The notes under the pieces: generated by a model
Database searches by the model: none
The model's input: the letters and a program-made list of their open reading frames with translations, nothing else
What the model was told of the DNA's origin: nothing
Virus record (IMG/VR): IMGVR_UViG_3300028840_001024
Strand: one strand, 5' to 3'
Origin: a virus
DNA length: 44,624 nucleotides
Position numbers and translations under genes: made by a program
Shown here: one piece after another, positions 5,542-14,145 of the stretch
Layout: every line of letters begins with the position of its first letter
Numbering within the stretch: position 1 is the stretch's first letter

Positions 5542-6047
5542 AGTTTGATTCTTTTGAAGAGATCGGTTTTTATCAGTGGTGCGAGGAGGCTAAAGAGCAT
5601 AATTTAATAGGCTTGTTTATTTACCACCCACCAAGCTATACATTAAGCACAAAACAAACTTATATGATACCAAAGCAGCTTAAAACTAAAGTGAGATATG
5701 ATGAGCGTGAATTATTAAAACCACATGTATTCACTTTGGATTTTAAGATATTCTCATTCTCAGATAGAATCAACAAGCTTTTTATCAAAGAGTATGTAAC
5801 ATCCGGTGAGATCGTTATTGATGTAAAAGGAAAAGGTGAGAGTGCAGATAAAAAAAGAATTTTTACTTTAAATCAAAAATGGCTATTCGAGAAATTCGGA
5901 GTCTACGCAAATATGGTTAGGGCAGATGAATTTTTTCAGAGTACGTGGATCCCTGAAGGTTACAGATACACCCCGATAACAGGAAATATTAAAAAGAAAT
6001 TCTTAAACACGCCAACAATAAGCGAATATTTAAAAAAGGGAGGGTGA
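5481..6047 (+). CDS. PD-(D/E)xK nuclease-like protein (DUF1064-like)
   Basis: YKGIEFDSFEEIGFYQWCEE followed by FTLDFKI ... IVIDVKGKG matches the D...(D/E)xK arrangement of DUF1064/VSR-like phage nucleases. Motifs recalled from memory. Confidence 0.5.
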   Translation: MGKDEKIKKKKKAKPIYKGIEFDSFEEIGFYQWCEEAKEHNLIGLFIYHPPSYTLSTKQTYMIPKQLKTKVRYDERELLKPHVFTLDFKIFSFSDRINKLFIKEYVTSGEIVIDVKGKGESADKKRIFTLNQKWLFEKFGVYANMVRADEFFQSTWIPEGYRYTPITGNIKKKFLNTPTISEYLKKGG

Positions 6048-6050
6048 GTT

Positions 6051-6278
6051 GTGGAGGTAATTATAGATGGTGTAAGATACATACCAGCGAAAAGTGCAAT
6101 AGCAAATACTCTTGATATTGTAAAAGGTTTACTTGCTGAAGGATATGGAACGGCTGATGATGAAGAGGCTGAAAATCAATTAAGAAGTGGGTATTACAGG
6201 GTCCTTGTTAATGATTGGGGTGAGGGAGTGCCGTTATCAAAAATAATAGACAATATTTCAGAAATAGCGAAAGGATAA
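6051..6278 (+). CDS. hypothetical acidic protein
   Basis: GTG start with GGGAGGGTGAG upstream. 75 aa. Confidence 0.5.
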   Translation: MEVIIDGVRYIPAKSAIANTLDIVKGLLAEGYGTADDEEAENQLRSGYYRVLVNDWGEGVPLSKIIDNISEIAKG

Positions 6279-6281
6279 CCA

Positions 6282-6623
6282 GTGGAAGAAATAAAACAAT
6301 ACAAAACAGGATATGATAAACTTCAGGAATCAGACACAGGTATAACATTCACGCAGCTTGCCAAGTATGTGTTACAGGTTTACTGCATGCCTAAAATCAT
6401 GCGTGATGTCGATAAGCCTGACCCATTGACAGAGAGTATGTATAAGCTTAGACAGCTATACAAAGATGAGTTTGTTGAGTACAATGGGGCATATTTACAC
6501 TGGAAAGATGTGAGTAACGAAACGGTAGCGAACGAAACATTGGAAGAGATAGCTGATTTAATAAACATTCTTTTGTTCCAGGCCGGTAAAGTAGCAGGGT
6601 ATAAGCGCATGGAGAGAAAATAA
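6282..6623 (+). CDS. hypothetical protein
   Basis: GTG start 3 nt after the upstream stop. 113 aa. Confidence 0.5.
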   Translation: MEEIKQYKTGYDKLQESDTGITFTQLAKYVLQVYCMPKIMRDVDKPDPLTESMYKLRQLYKDEFVEYNGAYLHWKDVSNETVANETLEEIADLINILLFQAGKVAGYKRMERK

Positions 6624-6654
6624 CAAGCTTTTTCATCTTTTTTTTAAAAACCGC

Positions 6655-6683
6655 TTGACATAAATAAAAAACATCTATAGAGT
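6655..6683 (+). promoter_or_regulatory. sigma70-like promoter (TTGACA-17 nt-TAGAGT)
   Basis: -35 at 6655-6660 and -10 at 6678-6683, preceded by a T-tract. Confidence 0.45.
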
Positions 6684-6734
6684 AGTACTTGAAAGAATAA
6701 AAAAACATCAACGGTAAAATAAGGAGAGGATAAA

Positions 6735-6908
6735 ATGAAAAAAAACGAACTAATAAAAAAACTAAAAAAAGAATTAGAATTTGCAAAAGAAATGTTCCAC
6801 GAAAAAGAGAAAAATTATCTAACTACAAGAGAAGATTATGGGATGATGTCATATTATAACGGAGCTATTTATGGGCTTGAAACATCAATCGATATATTAT
6901 CAAAATAA
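6735..6908 (+). CDS. hypothetical protein (57 aa)
   Basis: AAGGAGAGGA RBS. Translation MKKNELIKKLKKELEFAKEMFHEKEKNYLTTREDYGMMSYYNGAIYGLETSIDILSK. Confidence 0.5.
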   Translation: MKKNELIKKLKKELEFAKEMFHEKEKNYLTTREDYGMMSYYNGAIYGLETSIDILSK

Positions 6909-6967
6909 ACAAATATATATAGTAGTTAAGAGAGTGAGAGAAACTAACTTAACAAAGGAGAGAGAAG

Positions 6968-7234
6968 ATGAAAAAAACTAAACTTAAAAATTATGTTGTA
7001 ATTGACGGGAAAGAATATGAAGGTAAAAGCACAGTTAAAAAATACTCACATGCTGTTGTTAGTTCTAAGGATGGTGTACATTCGGTTACAGGCTTAAGCG
7101 GTTCAAGAGAAAATGCTGAAAAAACGGCAAACTGGAATAAAAATGATTGCTTAAAGATGTTAAAAGAGGGTTATAAATCTCAAGCTGGTTGGTATTTTAC
7201 AGTGCATGAATTAATCAGCGAACCTATTTTATAA
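6968..7234 (+). CDS. hypothetical protein
   Basis: AAGGAGAGAGAAG RBS. 88 aa. Confidence 0.55.
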   Translation: MKKTKLKNYVVIDGKEYEGKSTVKKYSHAVVSSKDGVHSVTGLSGSRENAEKTANWNKNDCLKMLKEGYKSQAGWYFTVHELISEPIL

Positions 7235-7244
7235 TTATAATCAA

Positions 7245-7260
7245 GCCCTCTTCGGAGGGC
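7245..7260 (+). terminator. GC-rich hairpin GCCCTC-TTCG-GAGGGC (UUCG tetraloop), possible terminator
   Basis: 6-bp stem 10 nt after stop 7234. No U-tract follows. Confidence 0.35.
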
Positions 7261-7276
7261 AGAGGAGAGAGTAAAG

Positions 7277-7516
7277 GTGGCTGCATTTGAAAATGATAAA
7301 AAGATTTGTATTCAAGTTAAAAAAGACGGCAGAGGTCGACACGGCAACCAAGGACGTAAGCCAAAAGAAGACCCAAGAACCAACAACGTAAATATCAGGC
7401 TTAACGATGCAGAGAAGGAAGACTTTGACGAGGTGTGTATACTTTTGGATATGTCACAAGCTAACACCTTGAATTATTTGGTAGATATTTATTTGACTGG
7501 CTTTAATAATAAATAA
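7277..7516 (+). CDS. ribbon-helix-helix-like protein (MobC/CopG-like)
   Basis: GTG start with GGAGAGAG upstream. NVNIRLNDAEKEDFDEVCILLDMSQANTLNYLVD fits a strand-helix-helix pattern. Confidence 0.45.
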   Translation: MAAFENDKKICIQVKKDGRGRHGNQGRKPKEDPRTNNVNIRLNDAEKEDFDEVCILLDMSQANTLNYLVDIYLTGFNNK

Positions 7517-7545
7517 AATTTCTTACATTAATAAAAGGCAACACT

Positions 7546-7902
7546 ATGAAAACACTAACTAAGTACTTTAAACGAAAAGAATTTGAATGCTTTTGTGGTT
7601 GTGGTCAGGATTGGGTAGACTATGAATTAATGCTTGTTCTTGATATGCTTAGATCGCACTTTAATAAACCTATTAAGATTAATTCCGGGAGCAGATGCTT
7701 CAACCATAACCATAAGATAGGAGGATCACCCCACTCACAACATTTGTTAGGTAAAGCAGCCGATATTGTAGTTAAGGATGTCAAGCCACAGGCTGTATAT
7801 GATTTTTTAGATGCTGTGTTCCCTGATTGTTATGGAATAGGGTTGTATAATGTTCAGGGGTTTGTGCATTTTGACGTTAGAAAAAACCGTGCAAGGTGGT
7901 AG
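7546..7902 (+). CDS. endolysin, peptidase M15 (zinc D-Ala-D-Ala carboxypeptidase / L-Ala-D-Glu peptidase fold)
   Basis: SGSRCFNHNHKIGGSPHSQHLLGKAADIV and FVHFDVR match the H-x6-D...H zinc site of the Peptidase_M15_3 family. Confidence 0.85.
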   Translation: MKTLTKYFKRKEFECFCGCGQDWVDYELMLVLDMLRSHFNKPIKINSGSRCFNHNHKIGGSPHSQHLLGKAADIVVKDVKPQAVYDFLDAVFPDCYGIGLYNVQGFVHFDVRKNRARW

Positions 7903-7904
7903 CA

Positions 7905-7933
7905 TTGACGTGACACAATAACTTTGATATACT
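7905..7933 (+). promoter_or_regulatory. sigma70-like promoter (TTGACG-17 nt-TATACT)
   Basis: -35 at 7905-7910 and -10 at 7928-7933, immediately after the endolysin stop. Confidence 0.45.
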
Positions 7934-7961
7934 CAAAGAAAAACTAACGAGGTGGAAACCA

Positions 7962-8129
7962 TGGAAAACGACAACCGAGTTAACCCACAAAGAAACAATA
8001 TTTTCGAAATATCCCCACAAATTATTGACGCGTCAATCAAGCGCTGGTTAAGAAAGTTTGATTGGTGCAAAGAAAGAAACCCAAAATTTATCTATGGTGA
8101 GCAAAATGTATCTACTAATCGAACGTGAA
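7962..8129 (+). CDS. hypothetical protein (55 aa)
   Basis: GAGGTGG RBS. Below the track cutoff. Confidence 0.45.
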
Positions 8130-8285
8130 ACAAAATCCGGCCGTAAGAAATACGAAAAGGTTTCAGGCGTAGAAAGAGTTTATGTTTTTGATGATGTTAA
8201 AGCAAGGCTACAAATTGACCCTGATTGCTGTGTTGGAACTCCAGTAAGGCCGAAGGATGTAGAAAGGTTTGTTGAGACGGATTAA
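8106..8285 (+). CDS. hypothetical protein (59 aa)
   Basis: ATG 8106 with GGTGAG 4 nt upstream, in frame with track ORF 8058..8285. It overlaps 7962..8129 by 24 nt. Confidence 0.45.
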   Translation: MYLLIERETKSGRKKYEKVSGVERVYVFDDVKARLQIDPDCCVGTPVRPKDVERFVETD

Positions 8286-8393
8286 GAAGGTTTACGAGAT
8301 ATTAAAGCTAATACTGAGTGAAGTTGTTATACAGGAGCGTAGATACAGAAAAGATAAATTAGCAAGAGCCGGGAAATCAAAAGAGGTTAAATT

Positions 8394-8969
8394 TTGAACA
8401 AACACATCTACAAAGTAGCGGTTGACGCATGTAATGATGTCTACATTCACAACACAGATTTAGGAACGACAGAGTTTCATCACTTCATTACAACAATTAA
8501 CGGGCGTAGGTTTCAGGTCTTAGCTATTGCCGGGACAAATGAGGCTCTTGACTGGCTTAAAAACTTCAACCTGTTATCCTGGCAAAACATCAAACTTCCT
8601 GCATATAGGGCAGCACATCAGATAAACGATAAGATAAAACACCAGCTTAAAAGATTTGACCATTTGCCTCTGTTGGTTTGTGGACACAGCAAAGCAGGTG
8701 CAACAGCTATTGCGTTTAAAAGATTATTCGGTGCGGATTATTGTGTTGCATTTGCTCCGGCCCGGTCGTTACGTCATTGGGCTAAACTAAAGATGAGTAA
8801 CACTACAATTTTTATAGATCCTGATGACCTGGTTTCAAAACTTGCTTTTATATCATTTACGCATCCAAAATGCCGAGTATTTAAGGCGAGAGAAGATCAT
8901 TTGTTGTTTTCTATAAGCGATCACGTTATGAAACATTGGGTCGAGTTTGTTAATAATATGTTTGACTAA
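8394..8969 (+). CDS. alpha/beta hydrolase, lipase class 3-like (putative lipolytic lysis accessory enzyme)
   Basis: Nucleophile elbow VCGHSKAG, with candidate acid and base in IDPDDLVS and ISDHVM. TTG start with AAGAGG upstream. Confidence 0.55.
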   Translation: MNKHIYKVAVDACNDVYIHNTDLGTTEFHHFITTINGRRFQVLAIAGTNEALDWLKNFNLLSWQNIKLPAYRAAHQINDKIKHQLKRFDHLPLLVCGHSKAGATAIAFKRLFGADYCVAFAPARSLRHWAKLKMSNTTIFIDPDDLVSKLAFISFTHPKCRVFKAREDHLLFSISDHVMKHWVEFVNNMFD

Positions 8970-9023
8970 GTATTAAAAAAGATATAAAGTTTAATTAGTT
9001 ATAAATAAAACGGGGGAATTGCT

Positions 9024-9209
9024 ATGAAGAAAGCTATATTTATTTTGTTTGTATGTCTTGCCGTATCAGGTTGTTTCAAAGGTAAAAAAATCGTTTACAC
9101 AAATCCAGAAAAAGGCATTACTGTTGAGCTTTCAGAAGATCAAGTCTCTGTGACTGGAACACATACTCTTGAAGATGGCTCAATAATAACTGTAACCGAT
9201 AAGGAATAA
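9024..9209 (+). CDS. small lipoprotein (possible o-spanin-like)
   Basis: Signal peptide with lipobox LAVSGC (MKKAIFILFVCLAVSGC). 61 aa. Lies in the lysis region. Confidence 0.6.
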   Translation: MKKAIFILFVCLAVSGCFKGKKIVYTNPEKGITVELSEDQVSVTGTHTLEDGSIITVTDKE

Positions 9210-9211
9210 TC

Positions 9212-9496
9212 ATGGACGAAGCGCAAATTGACCGGAGAATCGAAGCAGCTAAAGCGCAAGTGCGGCAAGAAGAGAAACTTGATCATTTAATCGAGAAGGT
9301 TGACGACATACAAACAACCGTGAGCAACTTAGACTGCAAGAAAAACACAGAGAAGATAAACATATTATACACCGCCCACATAAAATCTGAACAAACCAAG
9401 CAACACTTTATAAAAACAGCAATAAGTCAGACATATAAGGCAGGGGTGTGGGTTCTTGCTGGCGCTATGGCTGTTTATGCGTCAATTAAGGGATAA
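9212..9496 (+). CDS. coiled-coil protein with C-terminal transmembrane segment
   Basis: AAGGA RBS. C-terminal GVWVLAGAMAVYASI. Confidence 0.55.
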   Translation: MDEAQIDRRIEAAKAQVRQEEKLDHLIEKVDDIQTTVSNLDCKKNTEKINILYTAHIKSEQTKQHFIKTAISQTYKAGVWVLAGAMAVYASIKG

Positions 9497-9497
9497 T

Positions 9498-9734
9498 ATG
9501 AGGTATTTAATAATAGTTTTATGTTTTATTTTGATAACGGCAGCTATGGCGTATTGCCTTAGTATAGGGAAATCAGGCGTTCGTGTCAATCAGGGTTTAA
9601 GCGTTGGACAGCCGAGTATAAGTGTTAACCAGGGTGGAGAATACACACCACCAACACCAAGCACAGACGCTTTATTATTAGAAAATGACGATTATCTATT
9701 ATTAGAAAATGACGATAAATTATTATTGGAGTAA
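9498..9734 (+). CDS. small membrane protein with N-terminal TM and a C-terminal LLLENDD tandem repeat
   Basis: ATG 9498 (MRYLIIVLCFILITAAMAYCL), in frame with track ORF 9456. Confidence 0.5.
   Translation: MRYLIIVLCFILITAAMAYCLSIGKSGVRVNQGLSVGQPSISVNQGGEYTPPTPSTDALLLENDDYLLLENDDKLLLE
9675..9731 (+). repeat. 24-bp tandem repeat, about 2.3 copies (TTATTAGAAAATGACGAT...), coding
   Basis: Copies start at 9675, 9699 and 9723. They encode LLLENDDY/LLLENDDK/LLLE. Confidence 0.8.
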
Positions 9735-9740
9735 AAGAAC

Positions 9741-10769
9741 ATGAGAATATTATTATTAATTGCGCTTAGTTTAATTATTAGTGCAACAACTTACGCAGCA
9801 GACACAAAAACAACGGCCTTGCCTGAAAACACAACACCAGCCGGCACAGATATTATTATGCTGGTTGATGACCCTGGGGGGACACCTGCAAACCAGAAAA
9901 TCACAATAACAAACCTACTAACACTTTCAGGTGATGTGGTCGGCCCATCTTCAGCAGTTGACAGCAACCTTGTAGGGTTTGACACGACTACTGGCAAGTT
10001 AATCAAAGACTCTTTGATAGCAATAGCAAATGTGTTTACGCTATCGGGTACGCAGACAGTCACAGGTGATAAAACATTTACGGGTGCTGTAGATTTGACC
10101 GGGGCAACTGCAAGCATGGGTAATCTTAATTTTACAGCAGGTTCAGGCTCTACAACAGATGGTCATTTACGATACATCACAAGCCCCGCAGGATTAGCAG
10201 GGAACGTTTTCGGCGTAGGAAACGGAGCGAGTCAAGATTATTTCCTTCAATACAGGACGCTACCAGCTACAGACGGACAGATAATAATATACAATGCTAC
10301 CTCTGATTTATGGGTTCCTCTTGTTTTATCGGGTGATGTTACTATGTCAGAGTTAGGTGCTGTAACGATCGCAGCCGGAGCAGTAGAAAACAGCATGTTA
10401 AACGCCGATGCAAAATATGACGCTATAGAGTTTGTAATTGACGGAGGTGGCTCAGTCATTACGACAGGAACAAAAGGTTATATTGAAATTCCTTGGGCGT
10501 GTACTATTGATTCAGTGACTATGTTAGCGGATCAATCAGGCAGTGCGGTTGTTGACATTTGGGTTGATACATATGCGAACTATCCACCAACAGACGCAGA
10601 CAGTATCACAGCTTCAGCAGTCCCAACAATAACAACAGATACAGACTCTCAAGACTCAACATTAACAGGGTGGACAACAAGTTTAGCAAGAGGCTCAATT
10701 ATTGGCTATAACGTAGACTCAGCCTCTACTATTGAATTTCTTACAATTTCATTAAAGGTTGATAAATAA
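9741..10769 (+). CDS. signal-peptide protein, fibre-like (342 aa)
   Basis: MRILLLIALSLIISATTYA/AD looks like a Sec signal. The T/S/G-rich body has GDVVGPSSAVDSNLVGFDTTTGKLIKDS, reminiscent of phage fibre proteins. Confidence 0.55.
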   Translation: MRILLLIALSLIISATTYAADTKTTALPENTTPAGTDIIMLVDDPGGTPANQKITITNLLTLSGDVVGPSSAVDSNLVGFDTTTGKLIKDSLIAIANVFTLSGTQTVTGDKTFTGAVDLTGATASMGNLNFTAGSGSTTDGHLRYITSPAGLAGNVFGVGNGASQDYFLQYRTLPATDGQIIIYNATSDLWVPLVLSGDVTMSELGAVTIAAGAVENSMLNADAKYDAIEFVIDGGGSVITTGTKGYIEIPWACTIDSVTMLADQSGSAVVDIWVDTYANYPPTDADSITASAVPTITTDTDSQDSTLTGWTTSLARGSIIGYNVDSASTIEFLTISLKVDK

Positions 10770-11350
10770 TGGAAAATATAAGCAGGCTATTAATTATACT
10801 CTTTGCATTGTCTATTCCTATAAACTCCAATGCTATTATTATTGGGTATTCGAAGGTTGAGAGCGTGGCTTCAGGGGGCTTTGTTGGCAATAGTGATAAT
10901 ACTAACGAAGTGGCGTTTGACAGTGTTGATAATGCGAACGAGGGAATTATTTTTCCATTTACGTCTACATCAGGTGGTACAGTAACAGGAATTACTATGC
11001 GTGTTGACCCTCAAGGAAGTGGAAATATAAATATAGGTTTGTACTCCTCTGATGGTAATACAAAACATGCGGAGGGAGATTTAACAGCAGTAACAACTGG
11101 TGCACAAACATTGGCTATTTCGTTTGACTCATCTTACAGTATTTCTAATTCAACCGGATACCTGATTGTAGTAGGCTCTAATGATTTGACCGATTTTCGT
11201 TTATATTTTTCAGACTCATCGAGCGTAGCTTACAGAAGAAAAGTAAGTATGACAATAGGTGACACTATGCCCTCAACCGTCGACCCTTCTGGCGGAGTAG
11301 CAGGAGTGGGTGGGTATGTAGGTATAATTTATGCTGATGATACACCATAG
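10769..11350 (+). CDS. signal-peptide protein (193 aa)
   Basis: MENISRLLIILFALSIPINSNA/II. Its ATG overlaps the upstream stop (TAATG). Confidence 0.55.
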   Translation: MENISRLLIILFALSIPINSNAIIIGYSKVESVASGGFVGNSDNTNEVAFDSVDNANEGIIFPFTSTSGGTVTGITMRVDPQGSGNINIGLYSSDGNTKHAEGDLTAVTTGAQTLAISFDSSYSISNSTGYLIVVGSNDLTDFRLYFSDSSSVAYRRKVSMTIGDTMPSTVDPSGGVAGVGGYVGIIYADDTP

Positions 11351-11357
11351 GGGATTT

Positions 11358-13103
11358 ATGGTCAAATTATTTAAGATATTATTATTTTTGTTGCTTGTTC
11401 CACAAGTCCTTTTTGCGACAGATCGTTATGTGCATAATACTTCTTCAACAAATAGCCTTGATTGCACAAATGGCATTTCCACATATAACCCGACAGGTGA
11501 TAGTGGTGATGGTTCATGCACAGGTGGTTCAGATTATGTATATAGCTCTATACAAAATTCTATTACTGCCATGTCGGCAGGGGATACGATTTATATTCGT
11601 GGAGGTACTTATACAGAGGACTCAAGTGGGGGAAATGTTAACCTTCCTGCTATCGAAATACCAAACACAAAAAACGGAAGTGCGTGGACTGAGGGGAACT
11701 ATAATACATTAACATCCTATCCGGGTGAGTGGGCCATTATTGACGGCGAGGGTGACATCGCATCTGGTGCGGTTATTGGTAAAATAGCTTTTTCAAGAGG
11801 TGGAACAACAGAGTTGGCTTATTGGAAGTTTGAAAGGTTGGGAATTACCGGAGGTGGCGGAGCAGGCGAAAAGGGCGCGCCAGCAGGGCTTTTCTTAACA
11901 GCAGGGCCGCACATAGTTAGGTACTGCCACATCTATGATAACTGGAATGCTAATAATTATAACAATCCCACAGGTCTAAATGGAACGAGGATGAGAGACA
12001 GTGTTGTTGAATATAATTATTTCTACCACAATGGTTCAGCCGGAAATAACGGGGAACATATATACCTAAATCCTTATCCATACTGTGCAGAGAGTGACGG
12101 TGCGGACGGGTACTGCGACAACCCTCTTGATACTGTCGCAAGAAATGAAATCAGATATAATAGAATAGCCGGGTCTAATGGCTCGACAATAACAGAACAT
12201 CCTATAAAATATAAAGTCTCAACTATCTTCACAGACATAGACGGATCAGGCCCTGACACTCGAGAAGATTGGGGAGATAAAATTCATCATAATATATTTA
12301 CTGGTACGGGAAGCTCATTAATATTAAAACAAGACTATTTACAGCTTTATCAAAATATATTTGACGCCGTACACGTTACAAATGGAGACTATAATTATTA
12401 TCACCGTTTATTTATAACAATTTATAATAACACATTTGCTGGTGGTGCGGTGTACAGTCAGAGACAACCAAACAACGGAACATTTACAGCAGCGGAGCAT
12501 ATTATAAATAACGTCTTTGATTTGTCTGATACTGTAGATATAGCAGGTCAGGAATCAGACGGTGTTGACTATGCCACTGTTTGTTCATCCTCTGAAACCG
12601 GTGTTTTTTACAGTGATTGGTATATCACAAATAACTACTCATATCGGCCAGTTACAACAACACATTACCAAATTGCGATAGCTATAACAGGGGCTTTATA
12701 TGGCAATTTCACAGCCGAAGCGCTTGACATAGCATGGACGAATCATACAGGAAATGTATCAAAAGCAACATCGGAAGGGAGCGACAATCTTTATGAAGTA
12801 GACGGATTGACAACCAGAGGTGCACATAGTACAGGCTCGACAACAATTGCTAACGGAGGGACCGGGGGGAACCATCCTTACTTATCTGGCGTAACTATAC
12901 CGGAGTTTTTAGGGGCCACAAATCCAGATGACAACTCATGGGTTGCAGGAGTAAACAGCCTTGATGTAACATATTTTACAAATGAGGAAGCAGGCTCAAC
13001 TCCTTCATGGGTAGAGGGTGCAGCAACAACAGGTGTAACAATAGACCCTACAGCAAACCAAGTAACTTGTGGAGGTAGTGGGAGTGTAACGATAGGAGGA
13101 TAA
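11358..13103 (+). CDS. signal-peptide right-handed beta-helix protein (pectate-lyase-fold, candidate polysaccharide depolymerase)
   Basis: MVKLFKILLFLLLVPQVLFA/TD. SIQNSITAMSAGDTIYIRGGTYTE plus repeated PbH1-like turns (IYDNW, YFYHNG, IRYNRIAG, IHHNIFTG, IYNNTFAGG, IINNVFD). Confidence 0.6.
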   Translation: MVKLFKILLFLLLVPQVLFATDRYVHNTSSTNSLDCTNGISTYNPTGDSGDGSCTGGSDYVYSSIQNSITAMSAGDTIYIRGGTYTEDSSGGNVNLPAIEIPNTKNGSAWTEGNYNTLTSYPGEWAIIDGEGDIASGAVIGKIAFSRGGTTELAYWKFERLGITGGGGAGEKGAPAGLFLTAGPHIVRYCHIYDNWNANNYNNPTGLNGTRMRDSVVEYNYFYHNGSAGNNGEHIYLNPYPYCAESDGADGYCDNPLDTVARNEIRYNRIAGSNGSTITEHPIKYKVSTIFTDIDGSGPDTREDWGDKIHHNIFTGTGSSLILKQDYLQLYQNIFDAVHVTNGDYNYYHRLFITIYNNTFAGGAVYSQRQPNNGTFTAAEHIINNVFDLSDTVDIAGQESDGVDYATVCSSSETGVFYSDWYITNNYSYRPVTTTHYQIAIAITGALYGNFTAEALDIAWTNHTGNVSKATSEGSDNLYEVDGLTTRGAHSTGSTTIANGGTGGNHPYLSGVTIPEFLGATNPDDNSWVAGVNSLDVTYFTNEEAGSTPSWVEGAATTGVTIDPTANQVTCGGSGSVTIGG

Positions 13104-13247
13104 ATGGACAATGTAACACCAGAACTAATAGACAAACTATTTCAATACCCTGCACTGTTAGGGATTGGGTATATAATGTGGAATCAACACAAGGTAACTA
13201 TTAAGATGTTAGAAATAATTCAAGAGTTGAAAAAGGAGAAACCATGA
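13104..13247 (+). CDS. hypothetical small protein (47 aa)
   Basis: AGGAGGA RBS. ATG 13104. Its stop overlaps ATG 13244 (ATGA). Confidence 0.4.
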   Translation: MDNVTPELIDKLFQYPALLGIGYIMWNQHKVTIKMLEIIQELKKEKP

Positions 13248-13585
13248 AGAAAATAATTATTGTTTTAGCGGTAGCGCTACTTGTCGGGATAGCATACGCA
13301 GGCCCAAACCCTGATGCTAAGTCTATAGCGCTTAATACATCAACATTCACAGCTATTACTATAGACGCAAGCCACAACGGAAGAGATATAGCTGTTACAA
13401 CATCGGACGCTACAGCGTGGGTATTCTCAGACGATGCGGCAGGAACAACACCCCTCACAGTGCCAGCACCAGGAACACTCTCTTTGCAATGTCGCAGAGA
13501 TAACGGAAGCGGAACTGTCTTTTGGGCTAAAGCATCAGCGGGAACGCCTAATCTATCAGTTTTTGTAGCACCTTGCAGTAAATAG
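13244..13585 (+). CDS. signal-peptide protein (113 aa)
   Basis: MKKIIIVLAVALLVGIAYA/GP. AAGGAGAA RBS. Confidence 0.55.
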   Translation: MKKIIIVLAVALLVGIAYAGPNPDAKSIALNTSTFTAITIDASHNGRDIAVTTSDATAWVFSDDAAGTTPLTVPAPGTLSLQCRRDNGSGTVFWAKASAGTPNLSVFVAPCSK

Positions 13586-13608
13586 CATTAACACAGTATG
13601 AGAGAAAA

Positions 13609-13773
13609 ATGGGCGAAGATAAAACAGTGTTTGTTGTCGCTACAGCGCAAAGGGGAGTTATATGTGTATGCCCTAACGAAAAAGTAGCGCTAAAAAATAT
13701 AGAAAAACACGCAGATAAAAACAAAGGCAAGGAATATAATTATTTTATGGAAGAGGTAGACTTCGAAGAGTAG
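13609..13773 (+). CDS. hypothetical protein (54 aa)
   Basis: Below the track cutoff. Translation MGEDKTVFVVATAQRGVICVCPNEKVALKNIEKHADKNKGKEYNYFMEEVDFEE. Confidence 0.4.
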   Translation: MGEDKTVFVVATAQRGVICVCPNEKVALKNIEKHADKNKGKEYNYFMEEVDFEE

Positions 13774-13782
13774 GAGGTACTT

Positions 13783-14145
13783 ATGGCAGGGGGTAGGCCA
13801 TTAAAATTTAACAACTGCTTAGACCTTGACGGTATGTGCCATTTATACTTTGAGGAATGCAAAGAAGAGAAAGAGCACCCAACGGTTTCAGGGCTTGCGT
13901 ACTTCCTTGACGTAGACAGAAAAACTATAACAAACTATCAATCAAGAGGCGAGTTTTTCCCCACAATAAAAAGAGCTAAGGCATATATAGAGGCGTATCT
14001 CGAACAAAAGCTGTTTGGAAACACGGTTACAGGCGTTATATTCAACCTGAAAAATAACTTTGAATGGAAGGATAAACAAGAGCTTGAACAATCAGGAGGC
14101 GTTAATGTAAATATTGTCAGATATTCAGAGCAGGAGGAGAAATGA
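13783..14145 (+). CDS. terS: terminase small subunit
   Basis: GRPLKF...HPTVSGLAYFLDVDRKTITNY...AKAYIEAYLEQKL....GVIFNLKNNFEWKDK matches the gp3-type small terminase pattern. It lies upstream of TerL. Confidence 0.65.
   Translation: MAGGRPLKFNNCLDLDGMCHLYFEECKEEKEHPTVSGLAYFLDVDRKTITNYQSRGEFFPTIKRAKAYIEAYLEQKLFGNTVTGVIFNLKNNFEWKDKQELEQSGGVNVNIVRYSEQEEK

Noticed and set aside
9675-9731. Tandem repeat as a CRISPR-like or iteron array
   Set aside because: There are only 2.3 directly abutting copies with no spacers, and they are in frame within a CDS.
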